A stretch of 64,000 nt of DNA from NCBI GenBank assembly GCA_051546255.1, contig CP128821.1:310001-374000 (forward strand). The letters are read 5' to 3'. The stretch comes from Meyerozyma guilliermondii. Taxonomy: Eukaryota. Position numbers and translations under genes: made by a program. Below, one piece after another: positions 1 through 10,155 of this stretch; the first letter of the stretch is position 1, and every line of letters starts with the position of its first letter. Below the pieces are notes generated by a model. That model had not been told where the DNA came from. It searched no databases and saw only the letters and a list, made by a program, of their open reading frames with translations.

Positions 1-1045
1 TCAAAGTTGCAAACATGTAAAAGATATTATTCAATCCAGATAACCAAGCCGACTTTCTTGTCGTGTAACCTGCCTGCTTGAAAATCTCCGGTTGGTATAC
101 GGTTACACCAGCAATTCCAACCCATTCTTGCATAATTTGCAACCAAATAACGATTTGAATTCTTCGGGCAATGTGAAGGCTCTTGGCTTTCTTTCTTTGC
201 TCGAGGTCATTGGTCTTAACATAGTCAAAGAACATTCTGAAATAGTTACCAGTTAAAGCTGAGTCTTCTTCGAATTCCATTGCTTCACAAATTTGGTCGA
301 ATTCTTCCTCACCTCGAGCCTCACCTCTCATACTAATAAGCAATTTCTTGGCCCTGCCCCGCTCGTTATTCTTAATGAGCCATCTTGGAGACTCTGGGAA
401 AAACCAGGTAATTGCCAAAAGTACTAATAACGGAATGATCTGAAACGCAATTGGGAATCTCCATCTAAATGCAGTAAACCCATTATCGATATAACTCAAA
501 CCATATTCCAACCAGTAAGCAACTACCACTCCAAAAATGTTCAACGTGAATTCAATGGCAATAAAAGCACCTCGAGAAGTATGTTCAGCCGTTTCTGACG
601 AATAAACCGGAACAACAGCATTCAAGATACCGGTTCCAATACCATTCACAAATCTAGCACCACACATCCAAGACACCTGAGTAGCAGAACACTGAAGTGC
701 TGCTCCGAAGATAGCTACGGCAGCACCCAATCCAATAGCTCTAATTCTTCCGTACCTGTCAGAACTGAATCCACCAAAAAGACATCCAACGAGAGTACCA
801 AAGTAGTATATTGCAACAATACCACCTTGCTTGGTTGAGTTGGTCACTGTGACATCACCTGCCGAGTCATAGTATCCAAATTTCATTTTGTCAACGTAAT
901 CGGGCGACGTGTTGACTCCAGCCATCATACCTTGATCATAACCAAAAAAGAAGATTGATAACGCTGAAAGACCCACAACTAGTTGTGTGAGTTTCTTACC
1001 TTGAAAATGGTTCTCTAGTAACCATGAATCTGGGACAGTGAACAT
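1..1045 (-). CDS. MFS sugar porter (STL1/HGT-like); 5' part only, runs off the window edge
   Basis: Not in the ORF track; manual translation from ATG at 1045: MFTVPDSWLLENHFQGKKL...FFFGYDQGMMAG...SDRYGRIR...ARFVNGIGTG...PVYSSE...RWRFPIAFQ...PESPRWL (sugar porter motifs). Confidence 0.9.
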   Translation of the reverse strand, partial: MFTVPDSWLLENHFQGKKLTQLVVGLSALSIFFFGYDQGMMAGVNTSPDYVDKMKFGYYDSAGDVTVTNSTKQGGIVAIYYFGTLVGCLFGGFSSDRYGRIRAIGLGAAVAIFGAALQCSATQVSWMCGARFVNGIGTGILNAVVPVYSSETAEHTSRGAFIAIEFTLNIFGVVVAYWLEYGLSYIDNGFTAFRWRFPIAFQIIPLLVLLAITWFFPESPRWLIKNNERGRAKKLLISMRGEARGEEEFDQICEAMEFEEDSALTGNYFRMFFDYVKTNDLEQRKKAKSLHIARRIQIVIWLQIMQEWVGIAGVTVYQPEIFKQAGYTTRKSAWLSGLNNIFYMFATL

Positions 1046-1152
1046 GGTTAGCAAATTTGAGAAGTTGAGGTTTCCCAGCTTTTTATTTCATTTTCTTGGC
1101 TCAGATTACGATGCCCCGTTTTTTCCCCGGAAAGTATAAGCAGCCGCACCTT

Positions 1153-1171
1153 CCCCACCAAAAGGGTGGGG
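1153..1171. promoter_or_regulatory. Inverted pair of Mig1/CreA-type SYGGGG boxes (CCCCACC-aaaag-GGTGGGG) upstream of the sugar transporter
   Basis: Seen in sequence about 110-125 bp upstream of the transporter ATG; function inferred. Confidence 0.45.
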
Positions 1172-1614
1172 GATCTATGTCAAACGGTCGCGCCATTCCA
1201 AATTCAGCAGTGTTGCCGGGCGCAACCGGATACGTCGCTGCATTAATGTGGAAACCCGAATTATTGTCCGGTACGCCGGATGTATTTCTCAACGAGGAAG
1301 TCTTGTCTTCGTAGTTAGGAACCTGGCGATAATAAAAGCAGCCTAAATACGAATATGAATGAGTTGGTATATTAACTCATAGTCAAATTCAAAACTGAGC
1401 AAGTGATATGTCAGTTCGTTGCACTTGATGCGGGAAGTGCAAAAGTTAAATTTGTTAAAATTTGTAAATTTGCAGTAATTTCCATTTTGACAATTATCTT
1501 CGTACGGAACTATCCGAAACAATGTCTTTATTTTCCAAATATCAACACTTCTACACCCTACTATCTCATTGGTTTGTGCTTGCTCTTCCAGATTCGCACG
1601 ATTAGTTATCGCAT

Positions 1615-1621
1615 TTACTAA
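1615..1621 (+). promoter_or_regulatory. Yap1/Cap1 response element TTACTAA upstream of SRX1
   Basis: Exact consensus about 70 bp upstream of the ATG, TATATAAA at about 1650; sulfiredoxin is a classic Yap1/Cap1 target. Confidence 0.6.
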
Positions 1622-1686
1622 GCGATGATTCTCGAATTGCGACCACCTCTATATAAAGTCTTGCGTCTCATTTTCGCAACCAAATA

Positions 1687-2061
1687 ATGTCACTTCAATC
1701 TAGTAGTCTAAAGGAAGAGTATGTTCCTCTCAAAGAGATCAAAAGACCCATTCCTCCAGTCCTTGATCACCAAAAGATAGAAGCCATGGTTTCTACATTG
1801 AAAGGGACTCCTATGGCATCAGCAACTTGCGGCATTGAGGAAATCACCGCCGGAGAATTACCACCAATTGATGTGTTCAAGATAAGAGAAGAGGGAAAAA
1901 ACCACTATTTTGCATTCGGAGGATGCCATAGATTCCAAGCATACGATAAAATGGCTGCTGAAGGCAATGGAGACGTCCAGGTAAAATGCCGAATCTTGCC
2001 CGCAACGAGAAAGACTCTCAAGCTTTACTTGGGGTCGTCCGTTGACGAGCTTCTCAAGTAA
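1687..2061 (+). CDS. SRX1: Sulfiredoxin
   Basis: RPIPPVLD..KI..MV, PPIDV and the catalytic FGGCHR motif. Confidence 0.95.
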   Translation: MSLQSSSLKEEYVPLKEIKRPIPPVLDHQKIEAMVSTLKGTPMASATCGIEEITAGELPPIDVFKIREEGKNHYFAFGGCHRFQAYDKMAAEGNGDVQVKCRILPATRKTLKLYLGSSVDELLK

Positions 2062-2134
2062 TCGAGCAAAAGTGCAGAATAACATAGTTGAACAAGACCC
2101 TAATCTCAGTATTGATTGTTATAAATACAGCTAA

Positions 2135-4339
2135 CTACGCCCACACTTGCAACTGTTCAAAGAAGTCCACTCTCTTTCCGCCGTTATCGAGATTCTGAGA
2201 AACAGCATAACGCAAGTCATCCACCATAACAGGATGGCCACAGGTGATAAAGGCAGTAGAGCCCAACGACTCGGCAACTTCTTCCTTGACGATTTGTTCC
2301 ATATCTGGCCTTCCTTCTTTGAAGGTTATATGTGATAACTCGGCTTTGATGGTGCGGATGATTCTTTTCTTGCAGTCACTTTCCTCGTTACTGTCATAAT
2401 CCGCTAAAATCTTCTCCTTCATGCTTCCTTTTTCATCGTTCGACAGCTCCTCTGGAGTTTGTACAAGGTCAATCAGATCACGAACTAATGGTACCCTATT
2501 GTTGAAATCTTCAAGGTTGGCATGTGAGTCTGGCTTTGTGATATAGATGGTGGTGTCAATCTTGGTTTGTTTCAACGCAAGAAGCTCTTCATAAAACCAG
2601 TACAAAGAACGGTACTCGCGAACAACCCACATCAACTTTAAGCTCTGTTTGGAGTTGTCTCTGGACCTTCTGCTCAAATCATAAACTTCGGAGTAGATAC
2701 CAGGAATACCGTTACCTCCAGTAATGAACACAGCGGAATCGTATCTCTTGGCAGGAGTGGATTCTCCATATGGTCCCTCAATTGCAACACGAATTTTGGT
2801 TGTTTTTCCAGGATGGGTAGCCAAGTATTGGTACAAGCCGTGGGTAACACCACCCTTGACCTTGCAGTACAATACAATGGAGTCCTTGTTCTCACAATTT
2901 TCGGTGAAAGTGAATGGATGTGATTGCCAGAAACATGAAGGTCTCATGAAATGAACAAATGCATGTCCTCCAGGAATAGGTTTCCAATACTTGGGTCTTG
3001 GAACAATCACCTTGAGGGTTTCATCGGCTAACAAAATCACATCGGATTTTGGACAGCCAAAAACGACTAACCGCCCAATACGAACGGCTCTGTCAAAGCA
3101 CCATACAGCGGCTGCGGCATAGTACCAGTAAACGTATCCCAATTCCTTGACATGGACCCAAGCTCCACCAACGAACATACCTGCTAAGGCAATGTGCAAA
3201 AGTAAGAAGATTTCATACCATCTTCTTCTCAAGAAGAGCATACCTTGGAATAAAATAACACCACCGGCAGTGGTAGCCAATGCTCCATGAATGAGATAAT
3301 TCTCCTTCATATCCTCCTTATAATAGGCGCCAAATGTCACTGAAAAAGCACACGAATGGACAATGACCAAGATCACAGCCACTCGAGAAACCCATCTGTG
3401 GTAAGTTATAAAAGTGGCATAATTCCATTTTGTGAGCCACTGCAAAAAGTTATTGCGTCCAGCAAACAAAATCAAAAGAGGCATGATAAAGCCAGTGGTG
3501 ATCCCAGTCCGGTCAGCTGTATACCGCAAAAGAGCCATTCTTCTACTTTCAAAGATTGGATCGCCGTCTTGGTAGTGGATCCCCAACCCATTGCAGAGAC
3601 CAGTGATCAACAAGAACGCAAGAATGATGAGAGTTTCCATTCTCGATGGAACTATAAAATCGAATGCCTTTAGGAATTTTTGCTCGTTGGTTTTCTTTCT
3701 TCTTCCAAGTGCTGGAATGGTGATATATTTTCTCCAAGCGTTGGAAATTGGACCAACAAAGAATTTTGTCATTGAAGGGAATAATTCTTTACTCCAATTT
3801 GTGACAGCTGCAAGTAAGAATACTAATGCCCAAAAACTGATCATACCAGTTCCATAGTACAAGGAGTCGTCATAATTTCCCAAGAAATTCTTGTACCCAA
3901 CCTTGTACATGTGAACCAAAGTACTATTGAGAATCACAGGGTAGTCAATCACATTGGTACTGTTGTAACCTTCGATTTTGGTTGTGTCTTTTGCATATTT
4001 GGTGTAATTTTCATAAGCTTGTTCCATGTCTTGATAAGTCAAAGTTACATTATACAAAAGGCAGTTTTCGATATAAGGCTCCATTGTCGACTCATCAAAC
4101 CTGTCAGCAAGGTGATAACATCCTGCCATTGTTGCACGACCAGCCCAAGTGGTACAAATTGCGCTACGGTCGCGAAAACCAACTGGTTTGGCAAAAGTTG
4201 CAGCTGTCGTAACTTGGGCTTGGCAGGCATAAAGTGCTTGTTTGCCAATACCATAGTGCTCATAGGCTCTAGCTTTCTCACCCAAGACCACCTGTGCAAG
4301 AATTGCAAATGATACTGCTAATGTATTCACCAAGTGCAT
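2135..4339 (-). CDS. Ferric/cupric reductase (FRE/CFL family)
   Basis: Signal peptide, heme-ligating His in TM helices (YHRW, VHS, LHI, VHV), FAD motif QSHPFT, EGPYG, GGNGIPG, CGHP, C-terminal FFEQLQVW. Confidence 0.95.
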   Translation of the reverse strand: MHLVNTLAVSFAILAQVVLGEKARAYEHYGIGKQALYACQAQVTTAATFAKPVGFRDRSAICTTWAGRATMAGCYHLADRFDESTMEPYIENCLLYNVTLTYQDMEQAYENYTKYAKDTTKIEGYNSTNVIDYPVILNSTLVHMYKVGYKNFLGNYDDSLYYGTGMISFWALVFLLAAVTNWSKELFPSMTKFFVGPISNAWRKYITIPALGRRKKTNEQKFLKAFDFIVPSRMETLIILAFLLITGLCNGLGIHYQDGDPIFESRRMALLRYTADRTGITTGFIMPLLILFAGRNNFLQWLTKWNYATFITYHRWVSRVAVILVIVHSCAFSVTFGAYYKEDMKENYLIHGALATTAGGVILFQGMLFLRRRWYEIFLLLHIALAGMFVGGAWVHVKELGYVYWYYAAAAVWCFDRAVRIGRLVVFGCPKSDVILLADETLKVIVPRPKYWKPIPGGHAFVHFMRPSCFWQSHPFTFTENCENKDSIVLYCKVKGGVTHGLYQYLATHPGKTTKIRVAIEGPYGESTPAKRYDSAVFITGGNGIPGIYSEVYDLSRRSRDNSKQSLKLMWVVREYRSLYWFYEELLALKQTKIDTTIYITKPDSHANLEDFNNRVPLVRDLIDLVQTPEELSNDEKGSMKEKILADYDSNEESDCKKRIIRTIKAELSHITFKEGRPDMEQIVKEEVAESLGSTAFITCGHPVMVDDLRYAVSQNLDNGGKRVDFFEQLQVWA

Positions 4340-4464
4340 CGTTCCTTGACTACATTGTGCGCCGTTAACGACTTATATAGGTCGGGCAATTTACGAATCA
4401 GCGTCGCATCTCGATATTGAAAACTCCCGGTCGGGTTTAATGAAAAAAAATACCATGAGACACT

Positions 4465-4600
4465 TGATTGGCTATTTTCTACAATTTCGCTTAATGATAC
4501 GCTACCGCTAGCAGGGGCGGCTAGATTCACTACCAGGGCTCGTAATTTAATGCAAGCTCGAACGCACCTGGGATACTGTAAAAGGGAAAATAGCCAATCA
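4465..4600. promoter_or_regulatory. Perfect 15-bp inverted repeat containing CCAAT boxes (TGATTGGCTATTTTC 4465-4479 / GAAAATAGCCAATCA 4586-4600)
   Basis: Exact reverse complements, in the ferric reductase promoter. Confidence 0.6.
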
Positions 4601-4707
4601 GCTTGCATCACGTTGCGCCCGTGCTAAAAAAATATTCCTCCTGCAGTAGCCAGCACCTATCCGTTTGTAAGGTTGCCAAGCCCTCATAGGACGTTCCTTA
4701 CATCTCC

Positions 4708-4985
4708 ATCTGATAAATGCTCTGGGCACGTCAAAATGCAGATGACAGGCTGCAGCTTAATTATGATCTACATTGTCGCACTTTTGGCTTGAATTCGCCA
4801 ACGTTTCGGCTCATGGTTCCCGAACGATTGGCGAACATCAACCGTTGCTCAGCAATGATCCAATCAGATAACTGCGGTGCGGGCGAGCCTCACGCCCTTT
4901 GTAGCCCATATGCATAAATGGCGCCAAGCCTTGCGCGCCTCATGCATGACGCATATGCATGTGTGTTGTCAAAAAGTTATCAGAT
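4708..4985. promoter_or_regulatory. Three ATCWGATAA iron-responsive GATA repressor (Sfu1/SreA-type) sites
   Basis: ATCTGATAA 4708-4716, ATCAGATAA 4863-4871, TTATCAGAT 4977-4985, upstream of the ferric reductase. Confidence 0.7.
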
Positions 4986-5264
4986 TGATCAACGAACCTA
5001 CATACAAGCGAACAATAATACATAAATGTGGGCATAAGGATGTAATTTTCGTAAAAGCCTTCGGGAATGCCGGTGGGCTTAGTATCTAGCGGGCAACACA
5101 ATGAAACGACATTGCAAAGCCATGACTTGTGGTGCAATTTTTTTGGCTCAATTCTTTTGGCGGTCTCGACAGGCGGGGGCCTCGACCGGTGATCAATTAG
5201 CATATAGCATATGCAACTCGCAACCATAAAGCTAATCCTGGAACTGCATTCCACAGTTACACTT

Positions 5265-6539
5265 TTAATTTTGGAGCGGTGTTCTGGAATTGACACTATC
5301 GATGCTCTCTCTGACATTTTCTTGTACTGTCAAGATTTCATGATCCATGAAACGTATGCGCTTGAGAATGCGCTTTTTCTGCCACGAAAGGGGAATCAAC
5401 GGTAACCGTCCATGTTTTTCTTCGTAAGTCAACAGAGTGAATACTGCAATAATTGTCACCCAATACAAAATATAGCTTGAGACACTGCCATAAGTTGCGC
5501 TATTGGTCCACCCCAAAATAGCAGTAGCCATCATCCAGTAAGGACCATCATCTTGCAATTCTCCATTACAGCAATTGACATGCCATACACTTTGACCGAT
5601 ATCGTACAGACCGGGTCCATGGCCGGTTTCACTCACATCAAATCCATCACACTTATCGATAAAGCGTTGAAGTTCAAAATTCCAAACTCCTTTGGAAAAT
5701 AACCCGGCAGCTACCAAGTACAAGAGACAAGTGGACGAGATCAAGAACCATCGGAGGGGCAATGTGTTTCCAGAGCGGTAAAGCACGATACCAATGAGCG
5801 ACCCGAGAGCAATAGCAGCTATAGCTCCGTTGACTATAGCCCAAATCGAGGTGTTTTCGTTGATTCCAATACCTCCAACAAACACAATAGCTTCCATTCC
5901 TTCTCTTAGCGTAGTAACAAATGGAAGAAGTAGCATTGAATATTTTTCGGAGAAACGACCAACTTTCCCTTGAGGTTCTTCCAGGTTAGCAATGGCAGGA
6001 GTACTGCTGGAATCACGCTGAGTGATCCTTCTCATTCCTCCTCGATTATTCAACATTTGGGCCAATTTGTGTTTCCATTTTTTTTGCATCTTACTCACTC
6101 TCAACAACTTGATTCCCATCACTGATATGATGATGCTGGCAACGATAGAAAATGTTCCTTCCCAGTAGTGTTCAGCAACCGACCAGAGATCACTGCCCAA
6201 GATATAGAACACACCAAGAATAAACGAACCTATGATCAAACAGCATATAATTCCAAGTAGTCCACCTACCCACACTTGAACTGTCAACTGTTTCCGAAGC
6301 TTATTATCATCTTCTTCTTGTTCCGAAGTCAGTTCTGGTTCCCACGCTGCCTCACGGACCGCAAGAAGGGTTTCAGAAGCTTCCAGACCAGGCAATACTT
6401 CTTTTTTATCAAGTTCATGACGACTGAAACTTTGATGAACAAATGCTAATAACACGGATATGATGATAGCAGACTCCAAAGTCTCCCTAAAGACTATGAG
6501 GAAGACCTGGATCGAGAAGTTGTCCTCGAGAGATGCCAT
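5265..6539 (-). CDS. FTH1: FTR1-family iron permease, vacuolar Fth1-like
   Basis: Two RExxE motifs (RETLE, REGME), EHYWEGTF, GPG(S)YDI, WHVNCCN, ILGWTNSATYGS. Confidence 0.85.
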   Translation of the reverse strand: MASLEDNFSIQVFLIVFRETLESAIIISVLLAFVHQSFSRHELDKKEVLPGLEASETLLAVREAAWEPELTSEQEEDDNKLRKQLTVQVWVGGLLGIICCLIIGSFILGVFYILGSDLWSVAEHYWEGTFSIVASIIISVMGIKLLRVSKMQKKWKHKLAQMLNNRGGMRRITQRDSSSTPAIANLEEPQGKVGRFSEKYSMLLLPFVTTLREGMEAIVFVGGIGINENTSIWAIVNGAIAAIALGSLIGIVLYRSGNTLPLRWFLISSTCLLYLVAAGLFSKGVWNFELQRFIDKCDGFDVSETGHGPGLYDIGQSVWHVNCCNGELQDDGPYWMMATAILGWTNSATYGSVSSYILYWVTIIAVFTLLTYEEKHGRLPLIPLSWQKKRILKRIRFMDHEILTVQENVRESIDSVNSRTPLQN

Positions 6540-6599
6540 TTTTAATAGCAGTGGTATCTGCAGTGGTACTTATATAGGAGTCGTGCCGCGTCGATCGAG

Positions 6600-6608
6600 T
6601 TATCTGAT
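6600..6608 (-). promoter_or_regulatory. ATCAGATAA GATA-repressor site upstream of FTH1
   Basis: TTATCTGAT on + strand, about 60 bp upstream of the FTH1 ATG. Confidence 0.6.
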
Positions 6609-6706
6609 TAATCTGATCTTGGCGTGTGCGGGTAACCGCATCGGACGAATTATTGTGCCGAGAAACGGCGATGAGAACCTACACAGGAAGAATATCATGG
6701 TCTAGA

Positions 6707-8137
6707 TTAGTACATCATGCTAAAGTTCTTGGCGCTGGATTTGGACGTTTCGTCGGTATCCTTACTTTGCAGCAGAGTTGCGCTTCCGTTGTCGGTTCCG
6801 CGATGCCGTTTTGAAAATGCCGATTGCAGCCGCTCTTCCGACGACACGGCCCGTCGTGCCGGAATTGGCGCCGAGTCATAGCGCCGTTTGGTGCCATGGT
6901 GGAAATCGTAACCGTTGTCTGGGCGCCTAGGAAACGCCGTATGGGTATGAGGTGGCTGTGGAGGAGGCTTGGAGGGGTTGCGGAAAGTACCGTTTTTGAA
7001 ACTTTCCTTGTCGATTTCATGGCACTCTTCGAATTGTGGCATTTCGTGTGGACGTAAGGGAAGTGGGTCTGAGTTTAAGTAGGGGTGATCTAGGGCATCG
7101 AGAGCATTCATACGCTTGTAAGGGTCCAATGTGAGCAATCCTGACAAAAATTGGACCCCCAAATTGTCCTTGATAATGGGTGCAAATTGGTCTTCTAGAG
7201 TTCGCTTGCAAGTAAGTCCAATGGATAGCAGTGACTTGTTGGAGAGGGAGCCAGCCTCTGGCCACGTCTTGAGATCAGGAGGACCCACCAACTGGAAAAT
7301 TAGCTGAGCTTGATGGGCATCGCTCTTGCCAACCAAGATGGGATTATGTGTGAATAATTCGCCGAAAACACATCCAACTCCCCATAAATCCACCGCGGTG
7401 GTGTACTTTCTCTCCCCCAAGAGAATTTCGGGCGGACGGTACCATCGGGTCACCACAAGTGCAGTATAATTGCGTTCTCCTCCGCCTGGACCCTGGCCAA
7501 CAGCAGGAATGGGTCCATGGTATAATCGGGCCAAACCAAAGTCAGCGATCTTGACAACGCCATGGTTATCTATAAGTATGTTTGCAGCCTTGATATCTCG
7601 GTGCAAATATTTCTGTTCGTGGACATATTGTATTCCATTGAGTAGCTGGACAATGATGCCCTTGATGATAGGTACAGTAAATGTAACACGAGGATTCTTT
7701 AGTAGACCCACCAAGTCTGAACTCATGTACAGACACACCGTGTAAAAGCATCCGCGATGGTGTAACATATCCTGGTTATTCAGAACCTTGGGACTTTCGT
7801 ATATCATATCGATGATTTCGATGACATTTTCATGATGCAATTTTTTGAGAATGGTGATCTCTCTCATAGCTGTAATAGGAAACCCTTCCTTTGCTGAGTG
7901 GTTGATGAGTTGTTTAAGCGCTACGATCCTTTTCGTTTTCTTTTCTTGGGCTTTTTGTACCACTCCGAAAGTTCCTTGACCTAATTTTTGAAGAATATCA
8001 AAAGAGCTTAACGAGTTCATCTCTCGAAACTGGCCTATGGGTTGACGCTGGTACTTCATGGGACGTCGGGAATCGCCGTGACTACCCTTGATAGAGCCAC
8101 TAGGGCTGCTAACAGAGTCAACGCTGTTGTCATCCAT
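6707..8137 (-). CDS. BUR1: Cyclin-dependent kinase Bur1/Sgv1
   Basis: GQGTFG, EGFPITAMRE, HRDIKAAN, DFGLAR, VVTRWYRPPE; first real ATG at 8137 (the track start is GTG). Confidence 0.9.
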   Translation of the reverse strand: MDDNSVDSVSSPSGSIKGSHGDSRRPMKYQRQPIGQFREMNSLSSFDILQKLGQGTFGVVQKAQEKKTKRIVALKQLINHSAKEGFPITAMREITILKKLHHENVIEIIDMIYESPKVLNNQDMLHHRGCFYTVCLYMSSDLVGLLKNPRVTFTVPIIKGIIVQLLNGIQYVHEQKYLHRDIKAANILIDNHGVVKIADFGLARLYHGPIPAVGQGPGGGERNYTALVVTRWYRPPEILLGERKYTTAVDLWGVGCVFGELFTHNPILVGKSDAHQAQLIFQLVGPPDLKTWPEAGSLSNKSLLSIGLTCKRTLEDQFAPIIKDNLGVQFLSGLLTLDPYKRMNALDALDHPYLNSDPLPLRPHEMPQFEECHEIDKESFKNGTFRNPSKPPPQPPHTHTAFPRRPDNGYDFHHGTKRRYDSAPIPARRAVSSEERLQSAFSKRHRGTDNGSATLLQSKDTDETSKSSAKNFSMMY

Positions 8138-8214
8138 TGATTGAAGAAGAAGACATTCGCAACTACCTGCAGGCACGAAATGGCGTTAACGTTAAATTAA
8201 GTATATAGATGACA

Positions 8215-9834
8215 TTAAGCTGCATTTTGAGCAGCATTGTTAAGATACTTCGATACCTTCTTTCTCTCTTTGGACAATTTCGATGCTTCACGTACGTTAA
8301 ACCCATGGGTCAAGTACGAAGTGGTTTCCTCTAATTCTAATCCTGCAACCTCAGGAAGCAAAAAGTAGACAAACAAGAACGCAACAAAACATAAAGCTGC
8401 AAACAAAGAAAATGTACCCGTAGGTGTAATGTTCTCCAACATGGTCAAGAATGTAGACGCAATCACCAACGAACCACTCCAGTTGGTTCCCGCGGCATAC
8501 ATTGCTCCCACAGACCTGACGTTCACGTCAGAGAATAATTCAACTCCAGTCCATGCGCTGGTTCCAATACCAATGGCGTAACAAGCGACGAACAAAACCA
8601 TGCCAAGAATCACCACGATTCCCCACCCAGTGATTCCCGCGGCTTTGACGATAACTTTGGCACCAGACGAAAAGTCTACACCCATAAAGTGAAATGCAAT
8701 AGCACAAAGAATTAAGGATCCACACATACCAGGAATGGCAAAAAGTAAGATCCTTCTTCTTCCGACAAAGTCGATGATGCATAAAGCCACACCTGTGAAC
8801 ACAAAGTTGGTTGCTGCGATGATAATGGAAACGGCAGTGGAGTTCTTGAAACCTACTGTTTCGAAGATAGTAGCACTGAAGTACATAAGGGAATTGAAAC
8901 CAGTAAATTGTTGAATACCTTGCAACCCACATGCTAAGATTAATGCTCTCAAATTGGCGGGATTTTTGTGGAGAATTTTGATGGAGTTCCAAGTTTGTTG
9001 CAATGAATTTTTTCCAGGAACCACCGAATTGGATGCAATCATTTCTTCAACCACCATGTTGGCCAATTCAGGAGAAGGGTTATTGTGCATTTTCATGATG
9101 ACTTTCTTGGCCTCGTCGTATTTACCACAGATCACGTAGTATCTGGGAGTGTCGGGGAGGAAGAAGAACAATACCGACTGCACTACTGGGGGCACCAAGC
9201 ACAATCCAACCGAAACACGCCAGCCATGTTTGACGTGGGTTAATCCCCAATTAATAAAGTAAGCGACCAATTGACCTCCGGTCAAGAACATACCGTTGGT
9301 CACGATCAATCTCCCTCTATATTTGGAAGGAGCCAATTCACTAAGCATCAAAGGAGCGATCAACGATGCGATACCCACTCCCCAACCAAGAATAAATCTT
9401 CCCACAATCATAGTCCACACAGTGTGAGCAGCAAGCTGGATAATAGTACCCACCACAAAGAACACATTGGAGCCCAAAATGACCTTTTTTCTCCCCACCA
9501 AATTGGCAGCAATACCGCCAATAAATGCACCCAACAACGCCCCCAACGACGTGGCGGAAGTGATGAACTCCTTTTCTCCCGATGTGAGTACCTTGTTGCT
9601 CAAATCGGTGCCAATATTCACCAATGCAGACGAAATATATCCGGTATCGTAACCGAACATGAAGCCACTTATAGACGAAGCGAGTGTAAGAATGAGCACC
9701 AATCGAGATGGCCGCGTGTTGCGCTCAGATATAGCCTCAGCATCCGTAGGAGAGCTCACCAATTGGTGAGTACTCGACTGCTGGGAATCTATTTCGGATT
9801 CCGAATTAACAAACACGTCTTTGGGCTTCGACAT
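8215..9834 (-). CDS. ITR1: Myo-inositol transporter (sugar porter family)
   Basis: GFMFGYDTGYISSAL, ELAPSKYRGRL, LPDTPRYY, QQFTGFNSLMYFS match yeast Itr1/Itr2. Confidence 0.8.
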   Translation of the reverse strand: MSKPKDVFVNSESEIDSQQSSTHQLVSSPTDAEAISERNTRPSRLVLILTLASSISGFMFGYDTGYISSALVNIGTDLSNKVLTSGEKEFITSATSLGALLGAFIGGIAANLVGRKKVILGSNVFFVVGTIIQLAAHTVWTMIVGRFILGWGVGIASLIAPLMLSELAPSKYRGRLIVTNGMFLTGGQLVAYFINWGLTHVKHGWRVSVGLCLVPPVVQSVLFFFLPDTPRYYVICGKYDEAKKVIMKMHNNPSPELANMVVEEMIASNSVVPGKNSLQQTWNSIKILHKNPANLRALILACGLQGIQQFTGFNSLMYFSATIFETVGFKNSTAVSIIIAATNFVFTGVALCIIDFVGRRRILLFAIPGMCGSLILCAIAFHFMGVDFSSGAKVIVKAAGITGWGIVVILGMVLFVACYAIGIGTSAWTGVELFSDVNVRSVGAMYAAGTNWSGSLVIASTFLTMLENITPTGTFSLFAALCFVAFLFVYFLLPEVAGLELEETTSYLTHGFNVREASKLSKERKKVSKYLNNAAQNAA

Positions 9835-10155
9835 TAAAGCGAATGAATTATTGAAGAAACTCTAGAAAATCTCTAATCAAATGCAAACAATGCCACGAGA
9901 AGTAAAGGAAACAAATATATTCGTGCAGAAACGAAGTTAGCAAATTTGGTTGCGATGGAGGAGCTTATAAACAAGAGAAAAAATTCGGCGAAATTCTATG
10001 CGAGTTTCAGTGCGCCCGGCCAATAATATAGGGGGATTCGGCGGGCGCACGCCGCAACCATCTAATCCGGCGAAAATCGGCCGGGTAAGTCACGCGAGGA
10101 AATAAGTCTAGCCATCACATTATCTTGTTAATTATCTTTGCGATCACATCAAATC

